In this document: one piece after another, positions 9,550-18,511 of the stretch
Numbering within the stretch: position 1 is the first letter of the stretch
How the letters are laid out: every line of letters begins with the position of its first letter
Assembly: GCA_017881185.1 (NCBI GenBank)
Contig: JADGRE010000004.1
Span: 1-63,282 of the forward strand
Direction of reading: 5' to 3'
Source: Pseudomonadota bacterium
GTDB taxonomy: Bacteria > Myxococcota_A > Polyangia > Polyangiales > JAFGIB01
DNA: 63,282 nt
The notes under the pieces: model-generated
Seen by the model: only the letters and a program-made list of their open reading frames with translations
Told to the model about the DNA's origin: nothing
Database searches by the model: none
Translations under genes and position numbers: made by a program

Positions 9550-10551
9550 ATGTCGTTCTTGCGTAAGCTACTGGGTGGCCGCTCCGACCAGGCCGATCAA
9601 GAGCGTCAGGCCGTGCTCGATCGCATCGAGCGCGAGGTCGCGGCCGAGCAGAGCGGCGAAGGCGACGAGAGCTCGCCCGACGATCGCTTCGAGCTGCTCG
9701 CAGCCAACTTCGAAGACGACCAATACGCCGAGTACCAGGCGCACGGACAGCAGGTCTCCGACGCACTGATCATGCTGCACGAGGGCCAGGCGAAAGAGGC
9801 GCGTGCGCTGCTCGAGACCGTCATGGAACACGCCGACGGCCCGCGCTACCTGCTCTTCGAGCTCGGGCGCGCGCGCTTGCTCGACGGCGACCTCGATCGC
9901 GCCGAGCAGGCCTTCGAAGCCTTCCTCGCGAAGCTGCAACACGACGAAGGTGGCGAGGCCCGCCTCGCAGCCCACCTCGATCTCGCCGCGCTGCGCAGCG
10001 ACCGAGGCGACTTCGACGCCGCCACAGAGCAATACGAAGCAGCGCTCGAGGCACGGCCCGACGACCCACGCCCCTACCTGGCGATGGCCTTCTTCTTTCG
10101 CAACCAACAGCTGTGGGACGAAGCGATCGAAGTGCTCGACGCAGGTCTACAGGTGGTCGGCGAGCACGGGCCGAAGTGGCGGCTGTGGATCGAGCAGGGC
10201 CTGGCGCACGCTGGCGCCGGCCGCGACGAGCCGGCGCGCGCGCTGCTGGGGCGCGCGCTCAATCACCTCGTGGCGCACCGCGAACGCGACCTGCCGGCCG
10301 AAGCCGCAGTGCGTCTGGCGCAGCTGCACGAGAAAGCCGGCGAGCCGGCACGCGCGCTCGCGCTCTTGCTACTGCTGTGCGAAGGCAGCGACGAGGCCAA
10401 CTGGTTTGCGTACCACGTCGAAGCGGCGCGGCTGATGACCGCGCAAGGGCAACGCAGCGACGCGCGTCGCATGCTCGAGCGCGCGCTGGAGCTCGCACCC
10501 GAAGACGAACCGACGCGCGCCGCGATCACGCAGAAGCTCGCAGAGCTCTAG
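9550..10551 (+). CDS. Tetratricopeptide repeat protein
   Basis: Multiple TPR-like helix pairs such as LFELGRARLLDGDLDRAEQAFEAFL and YEAALEARPDD; 9 bp after the upstream stop. Confidence 0.8.
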   Translation: MSFLRKLLGGRSDQADQERQAVLDRIEREVAAEQSGEGDESSPDDRFELLAANFEDDQYAEYQAHGQQVSDALIMLHEGQAKEARALLETVMEHADGPRYLLFELGRARLLDGDLDRAEQAFEAFLAKLQHDEGGEARLAAHLDLAALRSDRGDFDAATEQYEAALEARPDDPRPYLAMAFFFRNQQLWDEAIEVLDAGLQVVGEHGPKWRLWIEQGLAHAGAGRDEPARALLGRALNHLVAHRERDLPAEAAVRLAQLHEKAGEPARALALLLLLCEGSDEANWFAYHVEAARLMTAQGQRSDARRMLERALELAPEDEPTRAAITQKLAEL

Positions 10552-10555
10552 ACGC

Positions 10556-10984
10556 TCACTGGCCGCCAAAAGCGCGCACGATCTTCACGAGGCCGTCGAG
10601 CGACGCGGGTTGGCTCTCGAGATCCGGGCTCGCTGGCATCGCGGGGCTCTTACCCACTGCGGCACCGCCGTACAAGATCGTCTTCTTGATCTGCTCGTCG
10701 GTAACGCTCTTCTGCCACGCCGCGTCGGTGTAGTTGCGGGGCTTGGGGTTGAGCGCGGCAGATGCGGCGCCATTGCCCTGGCCCGTGTCGCCGTGACACG
10801 GCACGCAGCGCATCTTGAAGAGCTCCTTCGGGTCGACGGCCGCAGCGGCGGGTGCCGCGGGCGCGGCCGGCGCACTTGGCGCGGGTGCCGCTGCGGGTGC
10901 GCTAGGCGCGGCAGCCTCGGGTTTCGAGCACGCGCTTGCAACCAAGCCAGTCAACGCGATGAGCAGCAACAGATTTCTCTTCAT
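10556..10984 (-). CDS. Monoheme cytochrome c lipoprotein, last gene of the nos operon
   Basis: Lipobox ASAC, Ala/Pro linker, CVPCH heme motif, LNPKPRNYT and a candidate distal Met in AMPA. Confidence 0.9.
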   Translation of the reverse strand: MKRNLLLLIALTGLVASACSKPEAAAPSAPAAAPAPSAPAAPAAPAAAAVDPKELFKMRCVPCHGDTGQGNGAASAALNPKPRNYTDAAWQKSVTDEQIKKTILYGGAAVGKSPAMPASPDLESQPASLDGLVKIVRAFGGQ

Positions 10985-11048
10985 AGTCCGACAATCCTTC
11001 CACGGTGAAACGAACCCACGGTCCAAACCAGCCGAGCAGACCCGGCGT

Positions 11049-11903
11049 CTAACTCACCAAGTCCATGCGCGACAAGCGCCGCGCCGCGAGGGTCGCACAC
11101 GCGGCTCCGAGGAGCAGCGGCCAGCCCACGCCGACCGCGAGCATTAAGCGCGACCCGAGCGTGTTGGCAAGCCAGAAGCCCACCGGCCCGAGCACCGATA
11201 GCTCAGGATCAATGCCGCTCAGAATCGCCAGGCGCGCCGACTCCACCGGATTCGCTGCCGCCAGGGCGAACACTGCCTGCGGCGCCAGGCGCAGCTTCAG
11301 CAGCACGCCGATCAGCGCGAAGTCGTGCAGCGCTGTCGCGGCGAGCCACGCGAGCAGCGCATAGACCGTGGCGCGCTCGGTCGTGGGCGCCACGGCCGAA
11401 AGCCAGAAGCCCAGGCCGATGAACGCGCAGGTCAAGGTGAAGGTCACCGCTGCGCTGCGCAGCACCAGAGGCAGAAGCTGCGCCTCGCCCCGCGCCACCC
11501 CGACGCCCAGCACCACGAGCAAGAGCAACATGAGCGGACCTGCGATCACCAGCAGGCGCGAGAGCACGATCGCCGAGAACCAATCGCCACGCCGGCACGG
11601 CTGCGACAAGAAGAGCTCGAAGAAGCCGTTGCTGCGTGCGCGCACCACGGTTTGGCTCGTGGCGACGAGCGACACCAGCGGCAACACCACCGCCACTGCG
11701 TTGGCCAGGTTGAGCACGACCCGCGACAAGCCGGTGAAGCCGAGCACGGAGGACTCCCGCAGCCCCACCCAGACGAACGCGCCGAATACCAAGCAGTACA
11801 CGCCGGCCGTGAACACGAGCCAGCGCGAGCGCATGGCGTCGGCAAGCTCGAGCCGCAGGAAGGCGGCGCGCGCGGAAACCGGAGCTGCGAGCGCATGGTT
11901 CAT
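11049..11903 (-). CDS. nosY: NosY ABC transporter permease
   Basis: Multi-TM protein with ELFLSQPCRR and ANPVESARLAIL motifs, inside the nos operon; 4-bp overlap with nosL. Confidence 0.88.
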   Translation of the reverse strand: MNHALAAPVSARAAFLRLELADAMRSRWLVFTAGVYCLVFGAFVWVGLRESSVLGFTGLSRVVLNLANAVAVVLPLVSLVATSQTVVRARSNGFFELFLSQPCRRGDWFSAIVLSRLLVIAGPLMLLLLVVLGVGVARGEAQLLPLVLRSAAVTFTLTCAFIGLGFWLSAVAPTTERATVYALLAWLAATALHDFALIGVLLKLRLAPQAVFALAAANPVESARLAILSGIDPELSVLGPVGFWLANTLGSRLMLAVGVGWPLLLGAACATLAARRLSRMDLVS

Positions 11904-12310
11904 GGAGCCCTCATCGCCGGTGCACTGGCAGCGACGGCGCGCTGCATGGCGGTGAAGTCGAGCTTGCCGCTGTCGGCGGCGGCGACGCCATAGCCCATCG
12001 GCGTCTGAAAGCCCGTGGCGTAGTGGGCTCGCCGCGCGTCGACCCAGCTGCCGGCAGCCGTGCGCACCCAGGCGTGCGCGATCTGCGGGTGACGCTCTGC
12101 CACGTAGGCGGCGAGGCAACCGACGTCGTCGAAGTGCAGGCGATCGCCGGCTTGCGTGACCAGCTGCGCCGCGAAGCGTTTGTCACTGACCAACATGTGG
12201 CAGTGGTCGCAAGCTTGCTTGCCCCACACGGGGTCTTGGGCCACCTCGAGCTTGTCGCAGCCCCAGAGGCTCGCACCCAGGGCGAGCACTGCGAGTGTGC
12301 GCGCGCTCAT
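11900..12310 (-). CDS. nosL: NosL copper chaperone lipoprotein
   Basis: Lipobox LWGC, CDHCHM (CxxCxM), FDDVGCL and TPMGYG. Confidence 0.88.
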   Translation of the reverse strand: MSARTLAVLALGASLWGCDKLEVAQDPVWGKQACDHCHMLVSDKRFAAQLVTQAGDRLHFDDVGCLAAYVAERHPQIAHAWVRTAAGSWVDARRAHYATGFQTPMGYGVAAADSGKLDFTAMQRAVAASAPAMRAP

Positions 12311-13218
12311 CGCACCACCCGCAGCTCGGGTTTGTCGTGGGCCGGCGGCACAGCGCTCGCCAGCTCGTCGGTCTGGTACACGGACAGATCGCTGATCGCC
12401 TCTTTGTGATCGCGCAAGAGCCGCGCCACCACGCTCATCTTCTCGTCCTGCGTGAAGGTCGCCTGCAGGCGCCCGGGACCGGCCGTGACGAAGCCGTGCG
12501 CGCGCAGAAAGAGCTCCGCGGCCTGGGCCGGCTCGTGCAGCACGACTTCGACCTTGAAGGCGCGCAGATCCACGAGCAGCTCCGCGAGCGTCGCGTCGCG
12601 CTCCACGGCGCCGTCGCGCAGCTCGACCACGCGATCCACCAGCTGCCGAACTTCCTCGACGCGATGCGAGCACAGCACGACCACACTGCCCTTCTGGCGC
12701 TCGTCGAGCAGCTGGAAGAACGCGGTGCGCGCGGCGGCGTCGAGGTTCGCGGTGGGCTCGTCGCAGACCAACACTTCGGCGTGGGTGGCGAGTGCCATGG
12801 CGGCCAAGAGCTTCTGCTTCATGCCACCGGAGAGATCTCGAAAGCGCGTGCGCGACACCACAGCCAGATCGAGGCCTATGCGGGTGCAGTGTTCCGCGAC
12901 GCTCTCGCCGCGCAGACCACGCAGCCGAGCAAACGCCGTCACTACCTCGCGCACCGGCGCATCGAGCGGCGGAGAGATCTGTGGAATGTACGCCACCGAG
13001 CGCAGCGCCCGCTCGGGATGCTCCGCCACGTCGACGCCGCCGATGGTGACATGCCCCTGCACGCGCAACAGGCCCAAGATGGCGCGCATCAGCGTGGTCT
13101 TGCCCGAGCCATTGCTGCCGACGAACGCGACACGCTCGGAGCGCTCGATGTGCAGCGAGACGTCGTTCAGCGCCACGACCGGACCAAACGACTTGGAGAC
13201 GTGTTCGATGGAGATCAC
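12307..13218 (-). CDS. nosF: NosF ABC transporter ATPase
   Basis: GSNGSGKTT, LSGGMKQK and DEPTANLD; lies between nosD and nosL with 4-bp overlaps. Confidence 0.88.
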   Translation of the reverse strand: MISIEHVSKSFGPVVALNDVSLHIERSERVAFVGSNGSGKTTLMRAILGLLRVQGHVTIGGVDVAEHPERALRSVAYIPQISPPLDAPVREVVTAFARLRGLRGESVAEHCTRIGLDLAVVSRTRFRDLSGGMKQKLLAAMALATHAEVLVCDEPTANLDAAARTAFFQLLDERQKGSVVVLCSHRVEEVRQLVDRVVELRDGAVERDATLAELLVDLRAFKVEVVLHEPAQAAELFLRAHGFVTAGPGRLQATFTQDEKMSVVARLLRDHKEAISDLSVYQTDELASAVPPAHDKPELRVVR

Positions 13219-14570
13219 AATGCCTCAGCTGCCCGCAGCTTCGGTGCGCTGTCGACCAGGAGCAAGCGGCTCGAGAACACTGGCATGGCACGGGCGATGG
13301 CGTCGACCAAGCCCATGGCAACCGTGCCTGAAAACAGCTTCAGCGACGGATGCGCATCGGTGAGCTCGCCCGACAACCGCTTGATCTGGTAAGCCACATC
13401 GCCGACACCGTTGCCGTCGAGATCGTAGCCCACGTAGTCCGAGAAGTAGTTTCCACGGAAGCTCGCCGCAAGCGCGTCGCCGCCACCTTCGACCTCGGCG
13501 ACCACGGTGTCTTCGTGGAAGTCGTTGCCCGCAAAGAACAAGCCTTCACTCGGCCCATGGAAGCGCAGCGCGACATCGTTCAGCGCGAACAGGTTGTTGG
13601 CGAAGTGCACGGGGAACTTGGGGGAACGCGGCGTGCCGTCGAGATAGGTGCCCACGGTGTTGGCGACAATCCAGTTGCCGCTCACTTGCACGCCATCGCT
13701 TTCCTTGAAGCCGATACCCACGCCCGCTGCACCGTGCGAACCCGCGAGCACGTTGCGCTCCACGTGCAGGCGTGAGCTGTACATGACGAAGATGCCGACC
13801 ACGTCGTCGGTGATGCGGCTGTCGCGGACGATGGAATCGTGCGCATACATGAAGTGCGAGCCGTAGCGGCTGTGCCGCACGCTGTTGCCCTCGAGCAGCA
13901 CACGGCGCGAATACCACACCACCACATCGCGCACGTGGTCGACGGTGCAGTGCCGGATCACTGCGTCGTTCGACTCCCACAGCTTAATGCCGTCGCCACG
14001 CAGCTCGCGCTCGTCATCCAGCCCCTGCACGTGGCTGTGTTCCACGACGCAACTCGGGCACGGCCCGAGCGTGATGCCGAAGAGCGTGTCTTCCACGCGC
14101 AGGTTGCGCAGCTGCGTGCGCGCGCCCTTGGAGCGGATGCCGGCGTCTTCCGAGGTGCTGCGCCGACCGGAGTGCCGCACGACCACGTTGTCGACGGTCA
14201 CGTCGTCTGCCTCGATGGCGAGCACGGTGCCCGTGCCGGTGCCTTGCAGCACGGCGCCCTGCGCTGCCCGCAGCGCGACCTTGCGACGAACGACGAAATC
14301 ACCGTCGTAGCGCCGTGCACGCAGCCAGATCTCTTGCGGTCCGGACGGATCCTGGAGCATGCGCGTCAACGCAGCGCCGTCGCTTGCGACCACGGCGCCC
14401 GCTGGAATCGCCTGCGCGACCGGACCTGCTCGCGTCCAGGCGCGGCGGGCGGCGGAGATCACTTGGGTCGTGGCCGGCACCGGGCGTGCGTGCGTCGTGC
14501 GCCCGAGCAGCACGCCAACTGCCAACGTGCTCACCGCCAGCACCGCGGCAGAGACGCGCAACTGCCACAT
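13215..14570 (-). CDS. nosD: NosD periplasmic beta-helix maturation protein
   Basis: GDGIKLW, RYGSHFMY, VGIFVMYS beta-helix repeats and GNYFSDYVGYDLDGNGVGD. Confidence 0.93.
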   Translation of the reverse strand: MWQLRVSAAVLAVSTLAVGVLLGRTTHARPVPATTQVISAARRAWTRAGPVAQAIPAGAVVASDGAALTRMLQDPSGPQEIWLRARRYDGDFVVRRKVALRAAQGAVLQGTGTGTVLAIEADDVTVDNVVVRHSGRRSTSEDAGIRSKGARTQLRNLRVEDTLFGITLGPCPSCVVEHSHVQGLDDERELRGDGIKLWESNDAVIRHCTVDHVRDVVVWYSRRVLLEGNSVRHSRYGSHFMYAHDSIVRDSRITDDVVGIFVMYSSRLHVERNVLAGSHGAAGVGIGFKESDGVQVSGNWIVANTVGTYLDGTPRSPKFPVHFANNLFALNDVALRFHGPSEGLFFAGNDFHEDTVVAEVEGGGDALAASFRGNYFSDYVGYDLDGNGVGDVAYQIKRLSGELTDAHPSLKLFSGTVAMGLVDAIARAMPVFSSRLLLVDSAPKLRAAEAL

Positions 14571-15352
14571 CAGGCCCCGCCTCCAGCTTGCCCGGCAGCC
14601 GACTTCGGGGGTGGAACCACGAACGCGGTCTTGCACACCGCGCCACACGTACCAGCACGGCTACAGGTCGCGCACACGCGGCCCCTCACGAACACGGCGA
14701 CGGCCGACACGGCGACACCTGCAACGGCCATCCAGAAGCCATGCAGCGGAACCGCGAAGGTCATGAACTGGCCAATCTCGCCATTGCCGAAGAGCTGCGG
14801 TGTGAACGGCGGAATGCGCAGTGGCGCGTGTGGATCGAGGTTGTGACCGTACTTGGCCATCCAGTACAGACTGTCGACGATGAAACCCGCGGGAAGGAGC
14901 AGCCCGGGCAAGAGCAGCAACTTCCCGAGCTTGCGCCCCGCGAGCAAGGTGAGACCCACGACCAGCACGCAGATGATCGCGATGCCCGCGCCGGCCATAC
15001 GTCGCTCGAAGGAGGCTGCGTCATCGAGATGGCCCATGCCGATGTAGTGGTTGAGCTCGTTGAGCTCGGCGACGTCGCCCGTGACGCCGGTGAGTGAGAT
15101 GACGATCTGCAGCCCGTGAGGGTACTGCGGTGCGTAGAGCTTCAGGCTCCACCACGGCTGCGAGAACGAAGCAATGAGCAGGCCGATGGAGGCAAGCGAC
15201 ATGGAGACCACCAACATGCGGCGCCAGTCGTAGGCCGAACGCGGCGTGACCACGTGCAAGTGTCGATGCGCATTGGTGTCGCTTGGCGCTTCTTCTGCTT
15301 GCGCTGGCGTGTGCTTGTGCGTGCCGACCGACGCTGGGTTTTGACCGGACAT
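14570..15352 (-). CDS. nosB: NosB-like four-TM protein of clade II nos clusters, with a C-terminal four-Cys tail
   Basis: WSLKLYAPQYPHGL...NELNHYIGM and YGHNLDPHAP motifs; sits between nosZ and nosD. Confidence 0.82.
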   Translation of the reverse strand: MSGQNPASVGTHKHTPAQAEEAPSDTNAHRHLHVVTPRSAYDWRRMLVVSMSLASIGLLIASFSQPWWSLKLYAPQYPHGLQIVISLTGVTGDVAELNELNHYIGMGHLDDAASFERRMAGAGIAIICVLVVGLTLLAGRKLGKLLLLPGLLLPAGFIVDSLYWMAKYGHNLDPHAPLRIPPFTPQLFGNGEIGQFMTFAVPLHGFWMAVAGVAVSAVAVFVRGRVCATCSRAGTCGAVCKTAFVVPPPKSAAGQAGGGA

Positions 15353-15448
15353 GGCTGCTCCTTCAGACGTGGACATCGTACTGCTAGCTGGTCCGCGCAC
15401 TACAGCCGCGCACACCCCGCGCACAGCGCGCGAACCAGCGAACCGAGC

Positions 15449-17443
15449 TCAGCTGCCCTTGGGCTTGACCAGGAAGAAGCCGGCCATCTCGAGATGCAGC
15501 GCCGAGCAGAACTCGGTGCAGTACATCGGGAACACGCCGGCGACATCGGCCTTGAAGGTCACGTTCTCGTGCTTGCCGGGCTCGAGGCTCAAGTCGATGT
15601 TGTACATGTTGATGGCGAAGCCGTGCGTTACGTCCTCGGCTTGCTCGAGGCTCGTGATGTGCAGGTTCACGGTGTCGCCCTCGTTCACCTCGATCTGGTC
15701 GGGTGTGAAGTGCGAGCGCACCGCCGTCATGTACACGTCCACCACGTTGCCGTTGCGAACGATCTTCTCCTTGCCGCCTTCCACCGCTTGCGGGTCTTTC
15801 GAGTCGGTGTAGGGGTTGGTGCCCGGCTCGTAGATCTTGATCGGATGGAGCTTGTCGGCCTTGATCATCTGCGAGTAGTGCGGCTCGCCGATACCAATGG
15901 GCATGTCCGCCAGGATGCGCATCTTCTCGCTGTCGAGATCGACCAGCTGGAAGTTCTGCGGATACAGCGGACCGACCTGGTTGAAGCGGTCGATGGACAT
16001 CTTGTTCATCGCCACCACGTAGTGGCCATCGGGGCTCACGGTGTCACCCTCGGCCGCCATGATGTGGCCGATGTTGTAGTGCACGGAGAGCTTCTCGACG
16101 AGCTTCATCTCCTTGACGTTCCACTTGGCGACCTTGCTCTCCAAGAACACCGACGTATAAGCGTTGCCCTTGTTGTCGAACACGGTGTGCAGCGGCCCGA
16201 GACCAATCTCGACCTGACCGCGGATCGCATCCTTGAACGCCAAGATGGGAATGCCGTAGGCATCCTTGCCCTCGTACTGCTTCTTCTCGATCAAGTCCTT
16301 GATCTTGCTGAACTCGTAGAGCGTCGCGTGCGTGTCGAGCTTGCCGCCGACCACGATCGCGGTGCCGTCGGGCGTGACGTCGCAACCGTGCGGGCTCTTG
16401 GGCTCGCCCACCAAGGTGAGCACCCCCTCCGCGGCCGTAACGGCGATGGGCAACACGCGTATGCCCTTGATGGTCGTGGCCTTGCCCGCCGCCACCAGCT
16501 GCTCGGCCTTCTTCCAGTTGATGATGTGCATGTAGTCCATGTCGTTCTGCGAGGCACCGGATTCGATGGCCGGCTTGCCCTGCAGCGTGCCGCCAATCGC
16601 CATCTCGGTGTTGAACGAGTTGATGAACGCCCAGCCATCGCTCACGAGCTTGCCCGCATCCGCGAGATCCTGTGTGTACGGCGGCAGCTCCACGCCCCAG
16701 CTCTGCGCCACGTCGATGCGGCCCTTCTTGCGATCGAACTTCCAGAACATCGCGAGGCCGCGGTACTTCTCTTTGTACGTGTCGAGCGGCTGGTACTCGC
16801 GGCCGAGCGGCGTCGGGTACTGGCTGGTCTCGATGACGTAGTTGGTGTTCGGGTCGACGAACGCGCCACCGTGGTCGCTACCCACGAGCGGGTTCGCCAC
16901 GATCTGCTTGGTCATGAAGTCTTTGAGATCGATGACGGCGACGCGGCCATTGGCCTTGTCGTTGACGAACAAGAACTGCCCGTCGTAGTCGCCCGCGGTC
17001 TCGGACAAGTTCGGGTGATGCATGTCACCCCAGGTGAGGCGATGGCCACTCTGCGCACCGTCGGCAAGGACCTTCATGCCGCCCGCGCCACCGTAGCCAT
17101 AGCCCTGCCACGACTCGGGCGTGAACACGCCGATCACCTTGAGCAGGCGCATCGAAGGCACGCCAATCACCAGCACTTGCCCAGCCTGACCGCCCGACGC
17201 GAAGATCATGTATTCGTCGTGCTTGCCGCTCGGCGTGTAGGTCTTCAACGCGGCTTCGACGTCGGCCTCGCTGAGACCGCGGGCTGCCATGAGGTCTTTG
17301 ATCGAGCCCGAGGCACCGAGTGCGCCAGTCGCAGCTGGCGGTGCTTGCTGCGCCTGCTCTGCCTTGTTCTCACACGCGAGCGCGGTGAGCGTGCACAGCG
17401 CACTGAGGTAACGCGCCAGCCGACGCGATGTGATGTTGCCCAT
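15449..17443 (-). CDS. nosZ: Clade II nitrous oxide reductase NosZ (lipoprotein-type N-terminus)
   Basis: FASGGQAGQV, GDMHHP, KSPHG, LGPLHT, HYNIGH, EPHY, and the CuA motif CTEFCSALHLEM. RBS CAGGAG precedes ATG 17443. Confidence 0.97.
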   Translation of the reverse strand: MGNITSRRLARYLSALCTLTALACENKAEQAQQAPPAATGALGASGSIKDLMAARGLSEADVEAALKTYTPSGKHDEYMIFASGGQAGQVLVIGVPSMRLLKVIGVFTPESWQGYGYGGAGGMKVLADGAQSGHRLTWGDMHHPNLSETAGDYDGQFLFVNDKANGRVAVIDLKDFMTKQIVANPLVGSDHGGAFVDPNTNYVIETSQYPTPLGREYQPLDTYKEKYRGLAMFWKFDRKKGRIDVAQSWGVELPPYTQDLADAGKLVSDGWAFINSFNTEMAIGGTLQGKPAIESGASQNDMDYMHIINWKKAEQLVAAGKATTIKGIRVLPIAVTAAEGVLTLVGEPKSPHGCDVTPDGTAIVVGGKLDTHATLYEFSKIKDLIEKKQYEGKDAYGIPILAFKDAIRGQVEIGLGPLHTVFDNKGNAYTSVFLESKVAKWNVKEMKLVEKLSVHYNIGHIMAAEGDTVSPDGHYVVAMNKMSIDRFNQVGPLYPQNFQLVDLDSEKMRILADMPIGIGEPHYSQMIKADKLHPIKIYEPGTNPYTDSKDPQAVEGGKEKIVRNGNVVDVYMTAVRSHFTPDQIEVNEGDTVNLHITSLEQAEDVTHGFAINMYNIDLSLEPGKHENVTFKADVAGVFPMYCTEFCSALHLEMAGFFLVKPKGS

Positions 17444-17544
17444 GATGATCTCCTGAGTGCCTGCGTTGGGTCCGCTGCGGCACGTCCACCGTCGGGTGCG
17501 CGCGCTGCCGGGACGACTCCACCCACGTTTCCGAACAGCCCAGG

Positions 17545-17560
17545 AGCAACGGGCATGCCA
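17545..17560 (-). promoter_or_regulatory. Sigma54 (-24/-12) promoter of the nos operon
   Basis: Minus strand reads TGGCATGCCCGTTGCT, matching TGGCAC-N5-TTGC with exact GG/GC spacing, about 100 bp upstream of nosZ. Confidence 0.75.
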
Positions 17561-17771
17561 CGGGCTGGCTGCCACCAACAGCCCAAGAAACCGCCCGGAA
17601 ACGGCAGCATCTGACGAAAGTTCTGCGTCGGGAGAGCGGCAGACGCAGGGCTTGCGCGGAACCGTCCCGCCCGATGGGTCACAAATGCGCTCGCCCAAAC
17701 GCAACACGGCCAGCGTTGCGCACGTCCGAGACGCACGCGGCGCTGGCCGCCACTACCACCCGCAGGCCCGG

Positions 17772-18344
17772 CTACTTGGCCGGAGGCAACAGCACGCCGT
17801 CGATCACGTGGATGATCCCGTTCGAGGCAGGGATCGACGCAATCACGTTGGCGTCGTTGATCGAGAACTTGCCGTCCTTCACGTGGATGGTTGCCTTGGC
17901 GCCGTTGGCCATGCCGAGCACCATGCCGTCCTTCAGCATCGTCGTCGGATAGGCAGAGGTCGTGCAGTGGTACTTGAGCACGTTCTGCAAGGCGCTCAGC
18001 TGATCGGGCTTGAGCAAGCCCTCGACCGTGCCGGCCGGCAGCTTGGCAAAGGCGTCGTTCGTGGGCGCGAAGACCGTTAGCGGGCCGGGGTTCGAGACCG
18101 CAGTCACGTAGTCCGCGGCCTTGAGCGCGGCCACCAGGGTCGTGTGGTCCTTGGACCCGACTGCAATGCTCACGATATTCTTGGGGTCGAGTGGCGGCGT
18201 GTCATCGTGCGGCGGCGCGGGTGCAGCCGCTGGCGGCGCCTCGGGAGCTGCCACCGGCGCGGCAGGCGCGGAGGCCGCGCCTCCGGAGTTGCAGGCAGCG
18301 AGCGTGAGTAGCGCGAGCACGGTGGCGTATCGAACGTTCGTCAT
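17772..18344 (-). CDS. Fasciclin (FAS1) domain lipoprotein
   Basis: Lipobox LAAC, Ala/Pro linker, GPLTVFAPTNDAF and ASNGIIHVIDGVLLP. Confidence 0.92.
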   Translation of the reverse strand: MTNVRYATVLALLTLAACNSGGAASAPAAPVAAPEAPPAAAPAPPHDDTPPLDPKNIVSIAVGSKDHTTLVAALKAADYVTAVSNPGPLTVFAPTNDAFAKLPAGTVEGLLKPDQLSALQNVLKYHCTTSAYPTTMLKDGMVLGMANGAKATIHVKDGKFSINDANVIASIPASNGIIHVIDGVLLPPAK

Positions 18345-18511
18345 GTGTGTGGCTCCTGTGGAGGAAGACCTCTGCCGGCACGGCTGTACCTCGGCGCCGA
18401 GGCGGGCGCACCCACGCACGCCGACGCTGCCGCCACGTACACACGGTGTGGCCGCTGCCAAGCCGGCCGTCCGTCTGCGCCCGGCGCCCAGCTGGAGTAC
18501 GCTACACGGCC

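Noticed and set aside
12196-12213. CDHCH in NosL as a c-type heme site
   Set aside because: It is the CxxCxM copper-binding motif of NosL; the His at the x position is most likely incidental.
15116-17614. 832-aa plus-strand ORF
   Set aside because: Antisense shadow of nosZ. High-GC codon bias leaves the opposite strand nearly free of stops, and the translation has no recognisable motif.
17444-17771. FNR/DNR box upstream of nosZ
   Set aside because: No TTGAT-N4-ATCAA-like palindrome was found by eye.
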